Shown here in pieces: positions 6,247 to 15,985 of a DNA stretch of 47,795 nucleotides. A model generated the notes under the pieces. It was not told the DNA's origin, made no database searches, and saw nothing but the letters and a program-made list of their open reading frames with translations. Location: positions 1 to 47,795 of the forward strand of contig DAOTUS010000173.1 in assembly GCA_034437415.1 (NCBI GenBank), in the 5' to 3' direction. The first letter of the stretch is position 1; each line of letters begins with the position of its first letter. This stretch comes from Herpetosiphonaceae bacterium. Lineage in GTDB: Bacteria; Chloroflexota; Chloroflexia; Chloroflexales; Herpetosiphonaceae. The translations under genes were made by a program, and so were the position numbers.

Positions 6247-8756
6247 CGACGTGCACCCCACGCTGCGTCGTCGAGCGAGCGCAGGCCGTCGCGCCAGGAC
6301 ATCCGCGCCGTGACCGTCGTGGCCCCGGCGAACACGCTGATCGTGTTCTCGCCCGGCTGGAGGTGCCAATTGCTCAGATCGGAGCCAGTGAGAATCGCCC
6401 CCTGGATTGGCCCACGGGTGTCACTGGTCAGCGTGAGCGCGTCGAGGTCAAGCACAATCGTCTCGTTGGCGTAGACGATGAGGTTGAAATAGATCTCATT
6501 GCTGGTGGTAGTGTTGAGAATCTGGTACAGCCGCACGCCTGCGCCACTGGCCGGGCCGGAGATGGTGACAATCGGCCGCCCCGCCTCGGTCCCGGCGTAG
6601 TCAACCGTGGTCAGCCCGCCGACTTTGGCATCGAAGCCTGTGCCGGCCGCTGAGGTGCCAATCACCAGCGAGCCGTCGTTGAGCTGCGCCAGCGCGTAGA
6701 TGGTGATTGAGCCGCCGAAGATGTCAATGTCGGGCGGCGACCAACTGGAGCCATTCCAAAATGCAAATCCTTCAACCAGCGGCACGCCGCCCGCCGTGGA
6801 CATGACCGCCCCGCCGACAAACACCGTGCCATCAGCAAGCGCGGTGACGGTCAGCGGTAGCGCCCCGGCGTTCATGCCTGAGCCGAGCGCCCGCCACTGT
6901 GTGCCATTCCAGGCCGCCACGCCGTTGACGGTGACGCCGCCCGCCGTGGTGAATGGCCCGACGGCGTAGGCCTGTCCGTTGGCGAATGTGAGCGATACCA
7001 CATCGCCATTGATGCCACCCGTACCAACAGCTCTATAGGTAGTGCCCTGGTAGTAGACGATCCGACTGTGTGCCACGCCGCCCGCCGTGGTGAAATTGCC
7101 GCCAATATAGATACCGCCGACGTCGCCCGTCGTCATCGAGAGAACGGTGCCGCCTGCGATGCCCGCGCCCATTGCTGCCCAGACCGTCCCATTCCAGGTC
7201 GCCACATTCGCCGCCGCGATCCCGCCCGCCGTGGTGAAGTTGCCGCCGACGTAGAGCGTGCCATCGAAACCAAGCGCCAGCGCCGCCACGCCGCTGCCGC
7301 CCGTTATCCCCGTGCCAAGCGCAGACCAGACCCCGGTCGATGGCGTGTACTTGGCGATACGGTTGGCCGCCACGCCGCCGATGCTCGTGAACGATCCGCC
7401 CGCGTAGATGGCGCCGTCCGGCCCCTCGATCAGCACATCAACGCCCGCGTTGGGCGCGGTGCCGAGCGTAGACCAGAGATTGAGCGCAGGGTTGAACCGC
7501 GCCAGATACGGCGCGGGCATCGCCGCCCCGCCGCCGCCGACCGCCACCTCGGTAAACGTGCCCGCCACGTAGAGCAGGCCGTCGGAGGCGGCGAGCAGAT
7601 CGACAACGGCGCCGTTGGTGCCATCGCCCACATTGTCCCAGCTTCCATCAAGATAGCGCCGGGCAATGTAGTTGTTGCGGGTCAGAATCTGCTGCGTTGG
7701 CAGCACAGCCCCGCCGCCGTTGGTGGTGATGGCGGGCAAGAAGAGCTGGAACGCGTAGCTCTCGCGGGCCTGGTGGTTGTTGTCGGTCTGCCCGCCGCCG
7801 GGCTGCCAGTGGCACGGAATGTCAATCGTATCGCCCGCCTGCGCATCGCCCACATAGCTTGTATACTGCAAGACCAGCGGCTGCGGCTGCGGGGTCAGGC
7901 CGGGGCTGAGGCAGGCCTGCAGTTCGCCGCGCTGGCGCTCGATGGCGGCGTTGTTCTCGCCCTCGAATGCGCCCACGATACTAAAGCTGCTGTCCTGGAA
8001 GCGGCTATCCTGAAACTGCTGGCCGCCCTGCGCGCGCGGCGTGGCGACGTTGGCGATGAGGGTTGAGCCAAGGCCGATATAGGCCAGCACGCGAAGCCCA
8101 AAGCTGTCGAGCTGCATCTGTCGCCCTCCTGAGCGCGTGGCCGCTGTGCGCACGCTGGTTGACTCGTGCGGTACGCCCGTCCAGTAGTAGTCACGCGAGC
8201 GCGGCAGAAACCCGCGCATATCGCCGTCCGCGTATGTTGTGGCATAGGGCTTGGCCTCCAGCTGGGCCGCGTCGAAGTAGAACGGCACGTCCGACACGCC
8301 CGTTGGGGAGGTAATGGTGATCTCGGCGTTGCCGCTGATGGATGCCGCAAACGTGACGGCCAGGCGCTGCCAGCGGCCCGTGCCTGTGGCCCGTGCCGTC
8401 GATGCTGGCGTGCCGTTGCTGAGCTGTGCGATGTAGATGCGCCCGGCAATGCCACGGAACCACACACTGAACGTGTGGGTTGTGCCCGCTGCGAGCAAAA
8501 CCACCCCGGTGAAATCGAGCTGGAGGTCAGCCGTTGGTGTGACCTTTGCGCTGTAGACCCCGCTGTACTGATAGTCGTCGCTCTGCGTTATCGGCTCAGC
8601 GTTGACCGCCGCGAACGCGATGGCGCCGCCTTCAAACGATGGATTGATTATCAGGTTCTCGGTCGCCTCGGGCACAATCACGGCCCAGCCGCTACGCTGA
8701 ATGTTGAGCGGATAGCCCGTGACAGTTGGTGCGAGTAGTGCATAGTGTGACCGCAT
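6243..8756 (-). CDS. Large distal tail / tail-tip protein with an N-terminal CBM-like region and a beta-propeller repeat array
   Basis: NPSFEGG.. is a CBM4/9-like start. There are at least six repeats of Y(V/A/I)GG.FT..GG(V/I)....(I/V)A.(W/Y)NG, resembling delta-60/DUF5122-type propeller blades. The gene lies directly downstream of the tape measure. Confidence 0.6.
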   Translation of the reverse strand: MRSHYALLAPTVTGYPLNIQRSGWAVIVPEATENLIINPSFEGGAIAFAAVNAEPITQSDDYQYSGVYSAKVTPTADLQLDFTGVVLLAAGTTHTFSVWFRGIAGRIYIAQLSNGTPASTARATGTGRWQRLAVTFAASISGNAEITITSPTGVSDVPFYFDAAQLEAKPYATTYADGDMRGFLPRSRDYYWTGVPHESTSVRTAATRSGGRQMQLDSFGLRVLAYIGLGSTLIANVATPRAQGGQQFQDSRFQDSSFSIVGAFEGENNAAIERQRGELQACLSPGLTPQPQPLVLQYTSYVGDAQAGDTIDIPCHWQPGGGQTDNNHQARESYAFQLFLPAITTNGGGAVLPTQQILTRNNYIARRYLDGSWDNVGDGTNGAVVDLLAASDGLLYVAGTFTEVAVGGGGAAMPAPYLARFNPALNLWSTLGTAPNAGVDVLIEGPDGAIYAGGSFTSIGGVAANRIAKYTPSTGVWSALGTGITGGSGVAALALGFDGTLYVGGNFTTAGGIAAANVATWNGTVWAAMGAGIAGGTVLSMTTGDVGGIYIGGNFTTAGGVAHSRIVYYQGTTYRAVGTGGINGDVVSLTFANGQAYAVGPFTTAGGVTVNGVAAWNGTQWRALGSGMNAGALPLTVTALADGTVFVGGAVMSTAGGVPLVEGFAFWNGSSWSPPDIDIFGGSITIYALAQLNDGSLVIGTSAAGTGFDAKVGGLTTVDYAGTEAGRPIVTISGPASGAGVRLYQILNTTTSNEIYFNLIVYANETIVLDLDALTLTSDTRGPIQGAILTGSDLSNWHLQPGENTISVFAGATTVTARMSWRDGLRSLDDAAWGARR

Positions 8757-11700
8757 CTAGAATCCTCCCATAGCCTGGAGCTGGGCGAATGATTGCTGTA
8801 CAATATCTGGCCCTGCGCTGGTCTGCACCCCGCCCAGGTTAAAGTTGTTCGTCACCGAGCTACTAATGGACTGCAGCGCCTGGCTCATAATCTGCGTCGG
8901 GCTGGCCACGGGCTGATAGCCGCTGGTCGCCCCAGCATCCCGCCCCAGCATTCCGCCCATCACCCCCGGCGGCGGCTGCATCGAGGGCATGCCGTTTTTA
9001 ATCATCTCCAGGGTTTTGTCGTGCGGAAGCACCGTGCCGTTTTGCGGCGCGGTAAACAATCCCCTGCCACCGATGCCGATAAACCCGAGCATCGCGCCCT
9101 GTGGGTTCAGCAGCGCCTCAAAGCCGCGCTCGCCAACCGTGTAGGTGATGCCGGACTGCACCGGCCCACCCTCGGCCCGCGCCTCACCACCATTGCCCGA
9201 CCCGCCGCTCACTGAGACGCTGCCGCTAATTGACACACTCAGTCCATCAAGCGAAGCCACGGCATCCATGCCTGCCTTGATACTTCCGGCAAAACCCTCC
9301 AGGGCCGACTTCCACAGCGCACCCTCGGCCTGGAGCATCCCGGCCTGTCCAGTGAGGCGCTGCATTGTGGCCAGTGCGGCGTTGAAGTCTGTTTCAAAGG
9401 CGGCGAGGCGGTCTTGTGGCACCGACTGATAGTCACGCAGGGCGTCAAGCGCCTCGATCCCGCCGCTCATTGCCCCAAACACCGTTGTCATCGAGGTACT
9501 AAAGGCGGCGGCTGCGGCGACACCCTCAGTATCGGCGTTGTATGAGATAGCGATCATCAGCGCGGTGGCTCGCTGAATATCGGCAAACAGCATCTCCATC
9601 GCGCCGGGCGCCACGCCCTGATAGTCCTTAAGTTTGATAAAGCCATCGACCGCACTGCTGATTGGGGCGATAATCTTCCCCACACTGTCTGCAAAGAGGC
9701 CCGCCGCCTCGACGCCGTCCGTGTCGAATGTTGCCGCCATCGACGCCATAAGCCAGACGGCTCGCTGAATATCGTGACTAAGCATCTCCAAGTTGCCCGC
9801 TGGCACGCCCTTGTAGTCGGCAAGTTTTGTAAATGCGTCAATGCCCTTTGCGAGAATATCCACCGCTCGGCCAGCGCTCTCGGCAAACTTCGGCGCGGCC
9901 TCGTTCTCCAGCGCATAGCCAACCTCGCGGGATCGTGCGTCAAAGTCGGCCACCAGATCACGAATACTGTACGAGAAGGCGGTTAGTCGGTCGCGGGCTG
10001 GCTCCGTATAGCCATCGAGCGCTTTCAGGGCGTTGACGCCCTTCTCGACATTGGCGATGACCGTCCCAGCGATATCTTGAAATGCCGTGCTGGACTGGTC
10101 GCCAATCGGTGCGAGCACCTCCTTCATCGCCATCTCAATATCGCGGCCCTTTTTAGCAATGCCGAGCGCGATGCCCTCGCTGATCGGCTCGCCGATCTCC
10201 TCCATTGGTCGCTTGCCGGGGCTGCGAATTTCCAGATAGCCCTTGGCGGCGGCCATTGCGCCCGCCGCCGTCTTCTGCATGGCGTTGGCGACCATGTAGC
10301 TGTTATTCGTGATTCCTTTTGCCACCCCACTCAGAATATCGTGGCCCAACTTCTCGGCGTTGTAGATGGCTGTGTCAAATCCCGCAAGTTCGATGGTCGT
10401 AGTGACGGCTTCCGGGATCTCGTTGACCGCCCGCAGAAATGCGTCCGCGTCGAGCTTGCCGTCAATAAAGTTTTGAAACAGATCAACCGTGTGCTCGGTC
10501 GGAACCTCGCGCATCAGCGCCAGGAACGCATCGCCGTCGAGCTTGCCTTCCTTGAAGTTCTGCTCCAGCGTCATCTGGTATGTCCCGGTCATCTCATCGA
10601 CCGTGCGATGTGTCTCAAAGGCCGTCTCGCCCGTGGCCCGCATATCCTCAATAAATGAGGCTGTGCCCTCGCCGCCCGCCGCCGCCCATGCGTCGATACT
10701 GGTCTCCATGCCGCCGTATGCAGTCGCGGCCACGCTCTCCTGAACGCCGTACTCCGTGGCGAGCGCCTCGGTCATCAGGGCTAGCTTCTCAGCACTCACG
10801 CCGTTCTCGGTAGCCTTGGCGGTGGCCAGAGCGATGAGCTGACGCCCCAGGCTCTCGCGCTGAACCCGCTCGGCCTCGGCGTAGCCGATGATCTGCTCTT
10901 TGATTTGGTTGGCGATACCCTCGCGCTCTTTGTCAGTTTTGGCGCTGTTGTAGGATACCTGCAGGCCGGCCAGATTTTGATAGTGGCCCCGGTAGCTTCC
11001 CTCCATCGTGCCAAGCGCCTCGGTGCCCTTCGTGGTCGCTGTTGCAATCGCCGCCGTCAGCTCCTCCTGCTGCTCGGTTGAGAGCGCCGCCGCCTCTCCA
11101 TAGCCCCCCACGGCCCCGGCAGCCAGCACCATTGACTCTTTATAGCTCGTCGTGCTGTCGCGCAGGCCGTTGGTGGCCAGTAGTCCCGCACTCAGCTCCT
11201 GGTTGTGCTCGCGCTCGGCGGCCACGCCCTCATTGAGCGCCGCCGTCCCAGCCTTGATCTCATCACGCAGAGCCTGGCCCTTGGCGGTATACTCCTCCTG
11301 GCTCATCTGGCCAAGACTATACTGCTGTGTCAGCTCATACAGCGCCTCGCGGTTAGTGTGCAGTTCATCATACTGCGCTCGCAGCGTCGGCGACATGCCC
11401 GCCGCAACCTCGTTGAAACGTCCCTCGGCGTTGGCGGCCTCGTTCCACCAGGGGATAGTTTCCAGCACCGCCAGGGATCCATCGCGGACGCGATCGCCGA
11501 CCTCTTGGAATTTCTCGCCCGCTTTCCAGACCAGCACCAGCGCCCCGGCCAGCAGGACAAACGGCGCGGCGGCGGCGATGGCACTGACCGCAATCGCTCC
11601 CAACCCAAAGGCCACACCCGAGAACGTCAGGGTTGCAGCGGCCCCGGCGATGGCACTGGCAATCAGCCCGGCGTTGAAGCCGATAAAGGCCACGCCCGCC

Positions 11701-13388
11701 GCGCCCGCGACAATACCGAGCGACACCATGATCGCCTCGCCCTTGGTGTCGATAAAGTCGACCACGGTTTTCAGCGCATCGCCGACCACGCCCGCGCCAC
11801 GCGCCAGCCTATCGAACGCCGGGCCAACGTGGTCGCCTGCCCAGTTGACCAGTGGGATCAGACCTTTCTCGATGACCTTTGTCAGGATCGGGAGGAGCTT
11901 CTGCCCGAGCTTGATCTGGAATGTCTCAACCGAGCCGCTCAGGCTCTCCATCGCAAAGTTGAAGCCCTGATTTTTCTTGGCCGCCTGATCGACCGCGTCC
12001 CCGGTTGCGCCCATCGCCTGGCCAAAGGCATTGTAGCCGTCCACGCCCGCATCGATCAGGCCAAGCGCGGTGCGCTGTGCATCGGCCCCGAAGATCGTTT
12101 TGGTCGCCAGCGCCACCTGCTCGGTGGTCAGTCCGGCGGTCGCATCGGAGAGTAGCTGGGTTGCTTTCTCCATGTCGACAAAATTGCCCTGCGCATCGTA
12201 GAATGCACTCCCGGTGGCATCGCTGTACAGCCCCAGGTCGCGCATCGCGTCCTTGGCGCTATTCGTGGTCGGCGTAAGCAGGTTCAGGAATGTTTTGAAC
12301 GAGGTCCCAGCATCGCTGGCTGAGCTAAAGCCGGGCGAAATCAGGCCGATGGTCTGCACGGTCTCAGCGAATGAGAGGCCTGCGCCCTTGGCCACGCCGC
12401 CCGCGTTCGCCAGGCCCAGCGCCAGATCCTCGACACCAACGGTTGATGCGTTGGCGGTCTGGGCTAGTAGATTGGTCACATTTTCAGCGCCGCCCGCCGC
12501 GTCTTTCCACACGCCGAGCTGCTTGGCAATGATCTCCGCCGCCGGGGCCAGCTCCAGCTCGCCCGCGCTGGCCAGATTGAGCGTTGCCTCGGTTGCCTCG
12601 CCCATAATATCGGCAACCGATACGCCGCCCTTCGCCAGTTCGTTGGCCGCGTCGGCTGCCTGCGCTGCTGAATATTGTGTTTTTGCGCCTAATTCGAGAA
12701 ACTTGTCATTGAACTGGTCAACGGTCAGCCCTGCGCCGCCCATCGCATCGCCCGTGATCGCGGTGAACCGCTTCATCGATGCTTCATAGTCGCCTGCGGT
12801 TTTGACGCTGCCTGATACGAAGTTTTTGAGGCCCTGCCCAAGGTTGCCGATGGCGTTGATGCCCAGCTCGCCGACACGCCGAAGCCCGCCGATGGCGATC
12901 TCGTTAAATGAGCGCATGCCGCCCGTGGCTGTGTCGGTATCTTTGGCGAGCTTGCGGATATCATCGGCCAGGCTCTCGGCGGTGCGCCCCGCGCTGGCCG
13001 CGTCCTTCGCCTGCTCTTCAAGCGCATTGTTGGCGGCGTTGACCTTGCCAACCAGTTCGCCGTAGCGTTTCTGGTTGATGTCAATATCGCCACTGAGCTT
13101 GGCAATGCGGGCGGCGGCGGTCTGCGCCTGGGTGCTGCTCTCGCCGTATTTCGTGGTTGTGGCGTCGAGCTGCTGGTTAAGAATACCGAGGCGCGTCTTT
13201 TGGTCGGCCAGGGTGTTGGCCAGCTTGTCGAGCGAGATGGTGCTGGCGGCGCGGGCGAAGGCGGCGGCATCTCCGGCGCTGCCTTTGGCGGCGGCCCCGA
13301 AGCCTGCTGTAGCCTGGGCGGCTTTATTCAGCGCGGCAAAATACTGATCTGCGCCCTCAGCAATAAGTTTGACCCCGGCTTTTTCCAT
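8757..13388 (-). CDS. Tail tape measure protein (1543 aa)
   Basis: Its size, Ala/Gly-rich coiled segments, TM-like glycine zipper block and TP901-type core (AGLSFAETVQTIGLISPGFSSASDAGTSFKTFLNLL) fit a tape measure. RBS gagg precedes the ATG at 13388. Confidence 0.9.
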   Translation of the reverse strand: MEKAGVKLIAEGADQYFAALNKAAQATAGFGAAAKGSAGDAAAFARAASTISLDKLANTLADQKTRLGILNQQLDATTTKYGESSTQAQTAAARIAKLSGDIDINQKRYGELVGKVNAANNALEEQAKDAASAGRTAESLADDIRKLAKDTDTATGGMRSFNEIAIGGLRRVGELGINAIGNLGQGLKNFVSGSVKTAGDYEASMKRFTAITGDAMGGAGLTVDQFNDKFLELGAKTQYSAAQAADAANELAKGGVSVADIMGEATEATLNLASAGELELAPAAEIIAKQLGVWKDAAGGAENVTNLLAQTANASTVGVEDLALGLANAGGVAKGAGLSFAETVQTIGLISPGFSSASDAGTSFKTFLNLLTPTTNSAKDAMRDLGLYSDATGSAFYDAQGNFVDMEKATQLLSDATAGLTTEQVALATKTIFGADAQRTALGLIDAGVDGYNAFGQAMGATGDAVDQAAKKNQGFNFAMESLSGSVETFQIKLGQKLLPILTKVIEKGLIPLVNWAGDHVGPAFDRLARGAGVVGDALKTVVDFIDTKGEAIMVSLGIVAGAAGVAFIGFNAGLIASAIAGAAATLTFSGVAFGLGAIAVSAIAAAAPFVLLAGALVLVWKAGEKFQEVGDRVRDGSLAVLETIPWWNEAANAEGRFNEVAAGMSPTLRAQYDELHTNREALYELTQQYSLGQMSQEEYTAKGQALRDEIKAGTAALNEGVAAEREHNQELSAGLLATNGLRDSTTSYKESMVLAAGAVGGYGEAAALSTEQQEELTAAIATATTKGTEALGTMEGSYRGHYQNLAGLQVSYNSAKTDKEREGIANQIKEQIIGYAEAERVQRESLGRQLIALATAKATENGVSAEKLALMTEALATEYGVQESVAATAYGGMETSIDAWAAAGGEGTASFIEDMRATGETAFETHRTVDEMTGTYQMTLEQNFKEGKLDGDAFLALMREVPTEHTVDLFQNFIDGKLDADAFLRAVNEIPEAVTTTIELAGFDTAIYNAEKLGHDILSGVAKGITNNSYMVANAMQKTAAGAMAAAKGYLEIRSPGKRPMEEIGEPISEGIALGIAKKGRDIEMAMKEVLAPIGDQSSTAFQDIAGTVIANVEKGVNALKALDGYTEPARDRLTAFSYSIRDLVADFDARSREVGYALENEAAPKFAESAGRAVDILAKGIDAFTKLADYKGVPAGNLEMLSHDIQRAVWLMASMAATFDTDGVEAAGLFADSVGKIIAPISSAVDGFIKLKDYQGVAPGAMEMLFADIQRATALMIAISYNADTEGVAAAAAFSTSMTTVFGAMSGGIEALDALRDYQSVPQDRLAAFETDFNAALATMQRLTGQAGMLQAEGALWKSALEGFAGSIKAGMDAVASLDGLSVSISGSVSVSGGSGNGGEARAEGGPVQSGITYTVGERGFEALLNPQGAMLGFIGIGGRGLFTAPQNGTVLPHDKTLEMIKNGMPSMQPPPGVMGGMLGRDAGATSGYQPVASPTQIMSQALQSISSSVTNNFNLGGVQTSAGPDIVQQSFAQLQAMGGF

Positions 13389-13465
13389 CGCTATACCTCA
13401 TTTTGTGGTGGGGTGCCTACGGCTCTCGCCCTCAGCGCCCCACCGATGCGCTCACCCAGCGCCTG

Positions 13466-13729
13466 CTATCGACCGCCGCGCCCCTGGCGCTGTGCTGCGG
13501 TCTTCTTGGCGGCCTTCGCCTGCTCATGCGCCACGATGGCGTCAATCTGCATCTGTGTGCGCCGTAGCGCGATCACGGTGGCGCGGCCGTCCTGATCAAT
13601 ATCGGCGAATGTGTCGGGCGTGTAGTTAGCCCAGATCCCCGCCAGCACCTCCTCAACCGCCGGATCGCCGAAGCGGAAGCCAGAGCCGGGCGGGTAGTGG
13701 CTCCAGATGGATCTACTCCGGTACGTCAC
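13466..13729 (-). CDS. Small protein between the chaperone-like gene and the tape measure (tail assembly chaperone T-like position)
   Basis: GTG start. It overlaps the upstream ORF by 17 nt in the +1 frame. The call is by position only. Confidence 0.4.
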   Translation of the reverse strand: MTYRSRSIWSHYPPGSGFRFGDPAVEEVLAGIWANYTPDTFADIDQDGRATVIALRRTQMQIDAIVAHEQAKAAKKTAAQRQGRGGR

Positions 13730-14423
13730 CTTGAAAGTTCTCGGCGGCGGACTGTACGGCTGCCTCCATCTCGATCTGCCCGGTCAGGTGCTGGCAAAAC
13801 AGCAGCAGCTCCGCCGCGTCGTACTTGCAGCAGATGATCGCCACGTAGCGGACACCGATCAGATTCCAGGCGGGGACCATCATCAGCACGTCAATGCCGT
13901 CGCTGGTATCCTCGATCCCCGACTCATCAAGCATCGCGGCGTAGGCGGCCTGCTCGGCGGGGTCAAGCGGCGGGGTCGCATCAAGCGCCGCCTGCATGGT
14001 GTCGCGGCGAGTGGTCAGCCCGGTGCTGATGAGCATGCCGAGCTTCTGCATGCTCCAGCGATATTGGGCCTGCTGGAGCGCCGCCTGATAGGCCGGGTCG
14101 TTGACGTTTAGCTCCATTGTGTCGCGCAGCTCGTTTTTATACAGCGGCGGCGCGGGCATGGTCGGGCGGATAATATTGCTGGCCTGGGTGCCGATCTTGG
14201 TCTGCCAGTAGGCCGACGATGGGAGATACTCCACCGTCGTGCCGTTGGCAAATGTGTAGGTTTTCTTGTCGGACTCGGACTGGGGAGCAAGTATTTTTCG
14301 CGGCTCTGCGCCTGGAATATATGAGCCATCGGCGTAAACTTTCTCTGCTGCGTCAAAAACAAGATGAGCCTTGTCTTCAAAGGTAAGTTCCGGCGTTGTT
14401 GTATCTTCTTTTGCGGTACGCAT
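13713..14423 (-). CDS. Tail assembly chaperone-like protein
   Basis: Start trimmed to MRTAKEDTT.. (aaagga RBS 9 nt upstream). It lies between the major tail gene and the tape measure. Confidence 0.45.
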   Translation of the reverse strand: MRTAKEDTTTPELTFEDKAHLVFDAAEKVYADGSYIPGAEPRKILAPQSESDKKTYTFANGTTVEYLPSSAYWQTKIGTQASNIIRPTMPAPPLYKNELRDTMELNVNDPAYQAALQQAQYRWSMQKLGMLISTGLTTRRDTMQAALDATPPLDPAEQAAYAAMLDESGIEDTSDGIDVLMMVPAWNLIGVRYVAIICCKYDAAELLLFCQHLTGQIEMEAAVQSAAENFQGDVPE

Positions 14424-14450
14424 GGGTGAGCGTCCTTTCGGTTTCAAAAG

Positions 14451-15974
14451 TTACTTGACGTTGGCGGCGGCGTAGCCGATGACGCCGAGGGTTGCGACGT
14501 TGGCCCCGGCGATCAGCAGATGGTTGGCCCGCACGCCGTCGCTGCCCCGGAACGGAACGGCGAGAGCGCGGCGGCTGGTCAGCGCGGGTACGTTGTATAA
14601 TCTCGGGTCGGTCGTGGCCCAGCTATAGCCACCGTCCCAGCTTGAGAGCAGCATGCCATCGGCGTAGTCGTTGAGGATATAGATGACATTGCGGTTGACC
14701 ACCGCAATCGCCGACACATACGTCGCCGGAACCGGGAGTGTTACCACGTCCCAGGTGACGCCGCCGTTCGTGGTGACGCTCAGGACGCCGCTGCTATTGG
14801 TTGCGAAGATCGTCAACTTGTCAACCGCGCCAACCAGACCGCCCGACACATCCGGGGCTGCCGTGGTGAATCCCCAGATCGTGCCGTTGTTGACCGTGAT
14901 CATCACATCGCCGCCGTTGGTGCTGGCGACCAGCACGCCCGTGTCATTGCTGGCGGCAGCAATCGAGAGCACGCCATCAAGGCCCACGCCGCCCTGGCGG
15001 GCCACCGTCACGCCAGCGGTCAGGTTGTCGCTTTTGTAGATATAGCCCAGCGCCCCGGCAATGTGCAGGGTGTTGGCTGCGTCGAGCGTGGCGTCGGTGG
15101 CCGTGCCTGTCGCAATAAACCCGGCTGTTACCTCCGTCCAGGTGCTGGATGGCACGCCCGTGCGGCTGTCGATGGCGCTCAGGAAATAGCCGCTGACCAC
15201 GGCGCCGCCCGCCGTGGGGCTGACTACGATTAGATAGTCTGGCGTAGCCAAAATCTTGACAGGCAGCTCGGTCGCGCCAATGCCGGTAATTGCCATGTTC
15301 GCCCACGAGTTGCCGCCGTCCGTGCTGTAGCGCACACTGGCCGCAATGACCCCAGTGCCGCCGACGAGCGCATAGATATCGTTGACCTCGGGGGTGCCGC
15401 TGCACACAATGCAGTCCGTGCTACGCCGACCGTAGGTTACGCTGACCACGGCGCGGGCGGCGAGGCTATCCGCCCCGAAGAACAGGGAGCCGATGGGGAA
15501 CATGGGCGAGAGCGCCTTGCGGGCCTGGCTATCCTCGTTGATGTCGTCACTGGTGAACGAGGTTCCGGCGGCCGTAATGTTTCCGCTAGCCACGGTGTCG
15601 GGGATGACCATCACATAGCTATCCCAGCCGCGCAGAAAGTTGGTCGGATCGGCGCATGTGCCGTTATTTTTGTAGAACGTTTGCGGGCAGGTGGGCCGGG
15701 TCAGTATCTTGGGGATGCTGCCCACATCCTCGCGCAGCATCAGATTGAACGTGTCGAAATCGCCCGGCGGGCTGACCTGGGTTGCCACAGGAACATATGC
15801 CTTGTAGCGGCGCGGGTCAAAGGCGAACACCGGGGCCACGTCGCCCTGAGCGAGCGTGATACCGTCAAGGGCGATCATCTGGCCTTCAACCCCGGCGGAT
15901 TTCGGCTTGATGAAGGGCTGTGCGCCGCCGTCCTGGACGAAAATGGCGCTGTTGCCCGTGGTGAGCTGAGTCAT
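14451..15974 (-). CDS. Major tail (tube) protein fused to a C-terminal BNR/Asp-box beta-propeller
   Basis: aaggag RBS 8 nt before ATG (MTQLTTGNSAIFVQDGG..). Four Asp-box-like motifs are present: YSTDGGNSW, TVNNGTIWG, TTNGGVTWD and SSWDGGYSW. Confidence 0.6.
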   Translation of the reverse strand: MTQLTTGNSAIFVQDGGAQPFIKPKSAGVEGQMIALDGITLAQGDVAPVFAFDPRRYKAYVPVATQVSPPGDFDTFNLMLREDVGSIPKILTRPTCPQTFYKNNGTCADPTNFLRGWDSYVMVIPDTVASGNITAAGTSFTSDDINEDSQARKALSPMFPIGSLFFGADSLAARAVVSVTYGRRSTDCIVCSGTPEVNDIYALVGGTGVIAASVRYSTDGGNSWANMAITGIGATELPVKILATPDYLIVVSPTAGGAVVSGYFLSAIDSRTGVPSSTWTEVTAGFIATGTATDATLDAANTLHIAGALGYIYKSDNLTAGVTVARQGGVGLDGVLSIAAASNDTGVLVASTNGGDVMITVNNGTIWGFTTAAPDVSGGLVGAVDKLTIFATNSSGVLSVTTNGGVTWDVVTLPVPATYVSAIAVVNRNVIYILNDYADGMLLSSWDGGYSWATTDPRLYNVPALTSRRALAVPFRGSDGVRANHLLIAGANVATLGVIGYAAANVK

Positions 15975-15985
15975 GATGGAACTCC

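Noticed and set aside
13713-13729. Expected G/G-T type -1 programmed frameshift between the two ORFs upstream of the tape measure.
   Set aside because: The downstream ORF is in the +1 frame, not the -1 frame, relative to the 236-aa ORF. The -1 frame has a TGA within the overlap. No X_XXY_YYZ heptamer is visible in the 55-nt window where the +1 frame is open.
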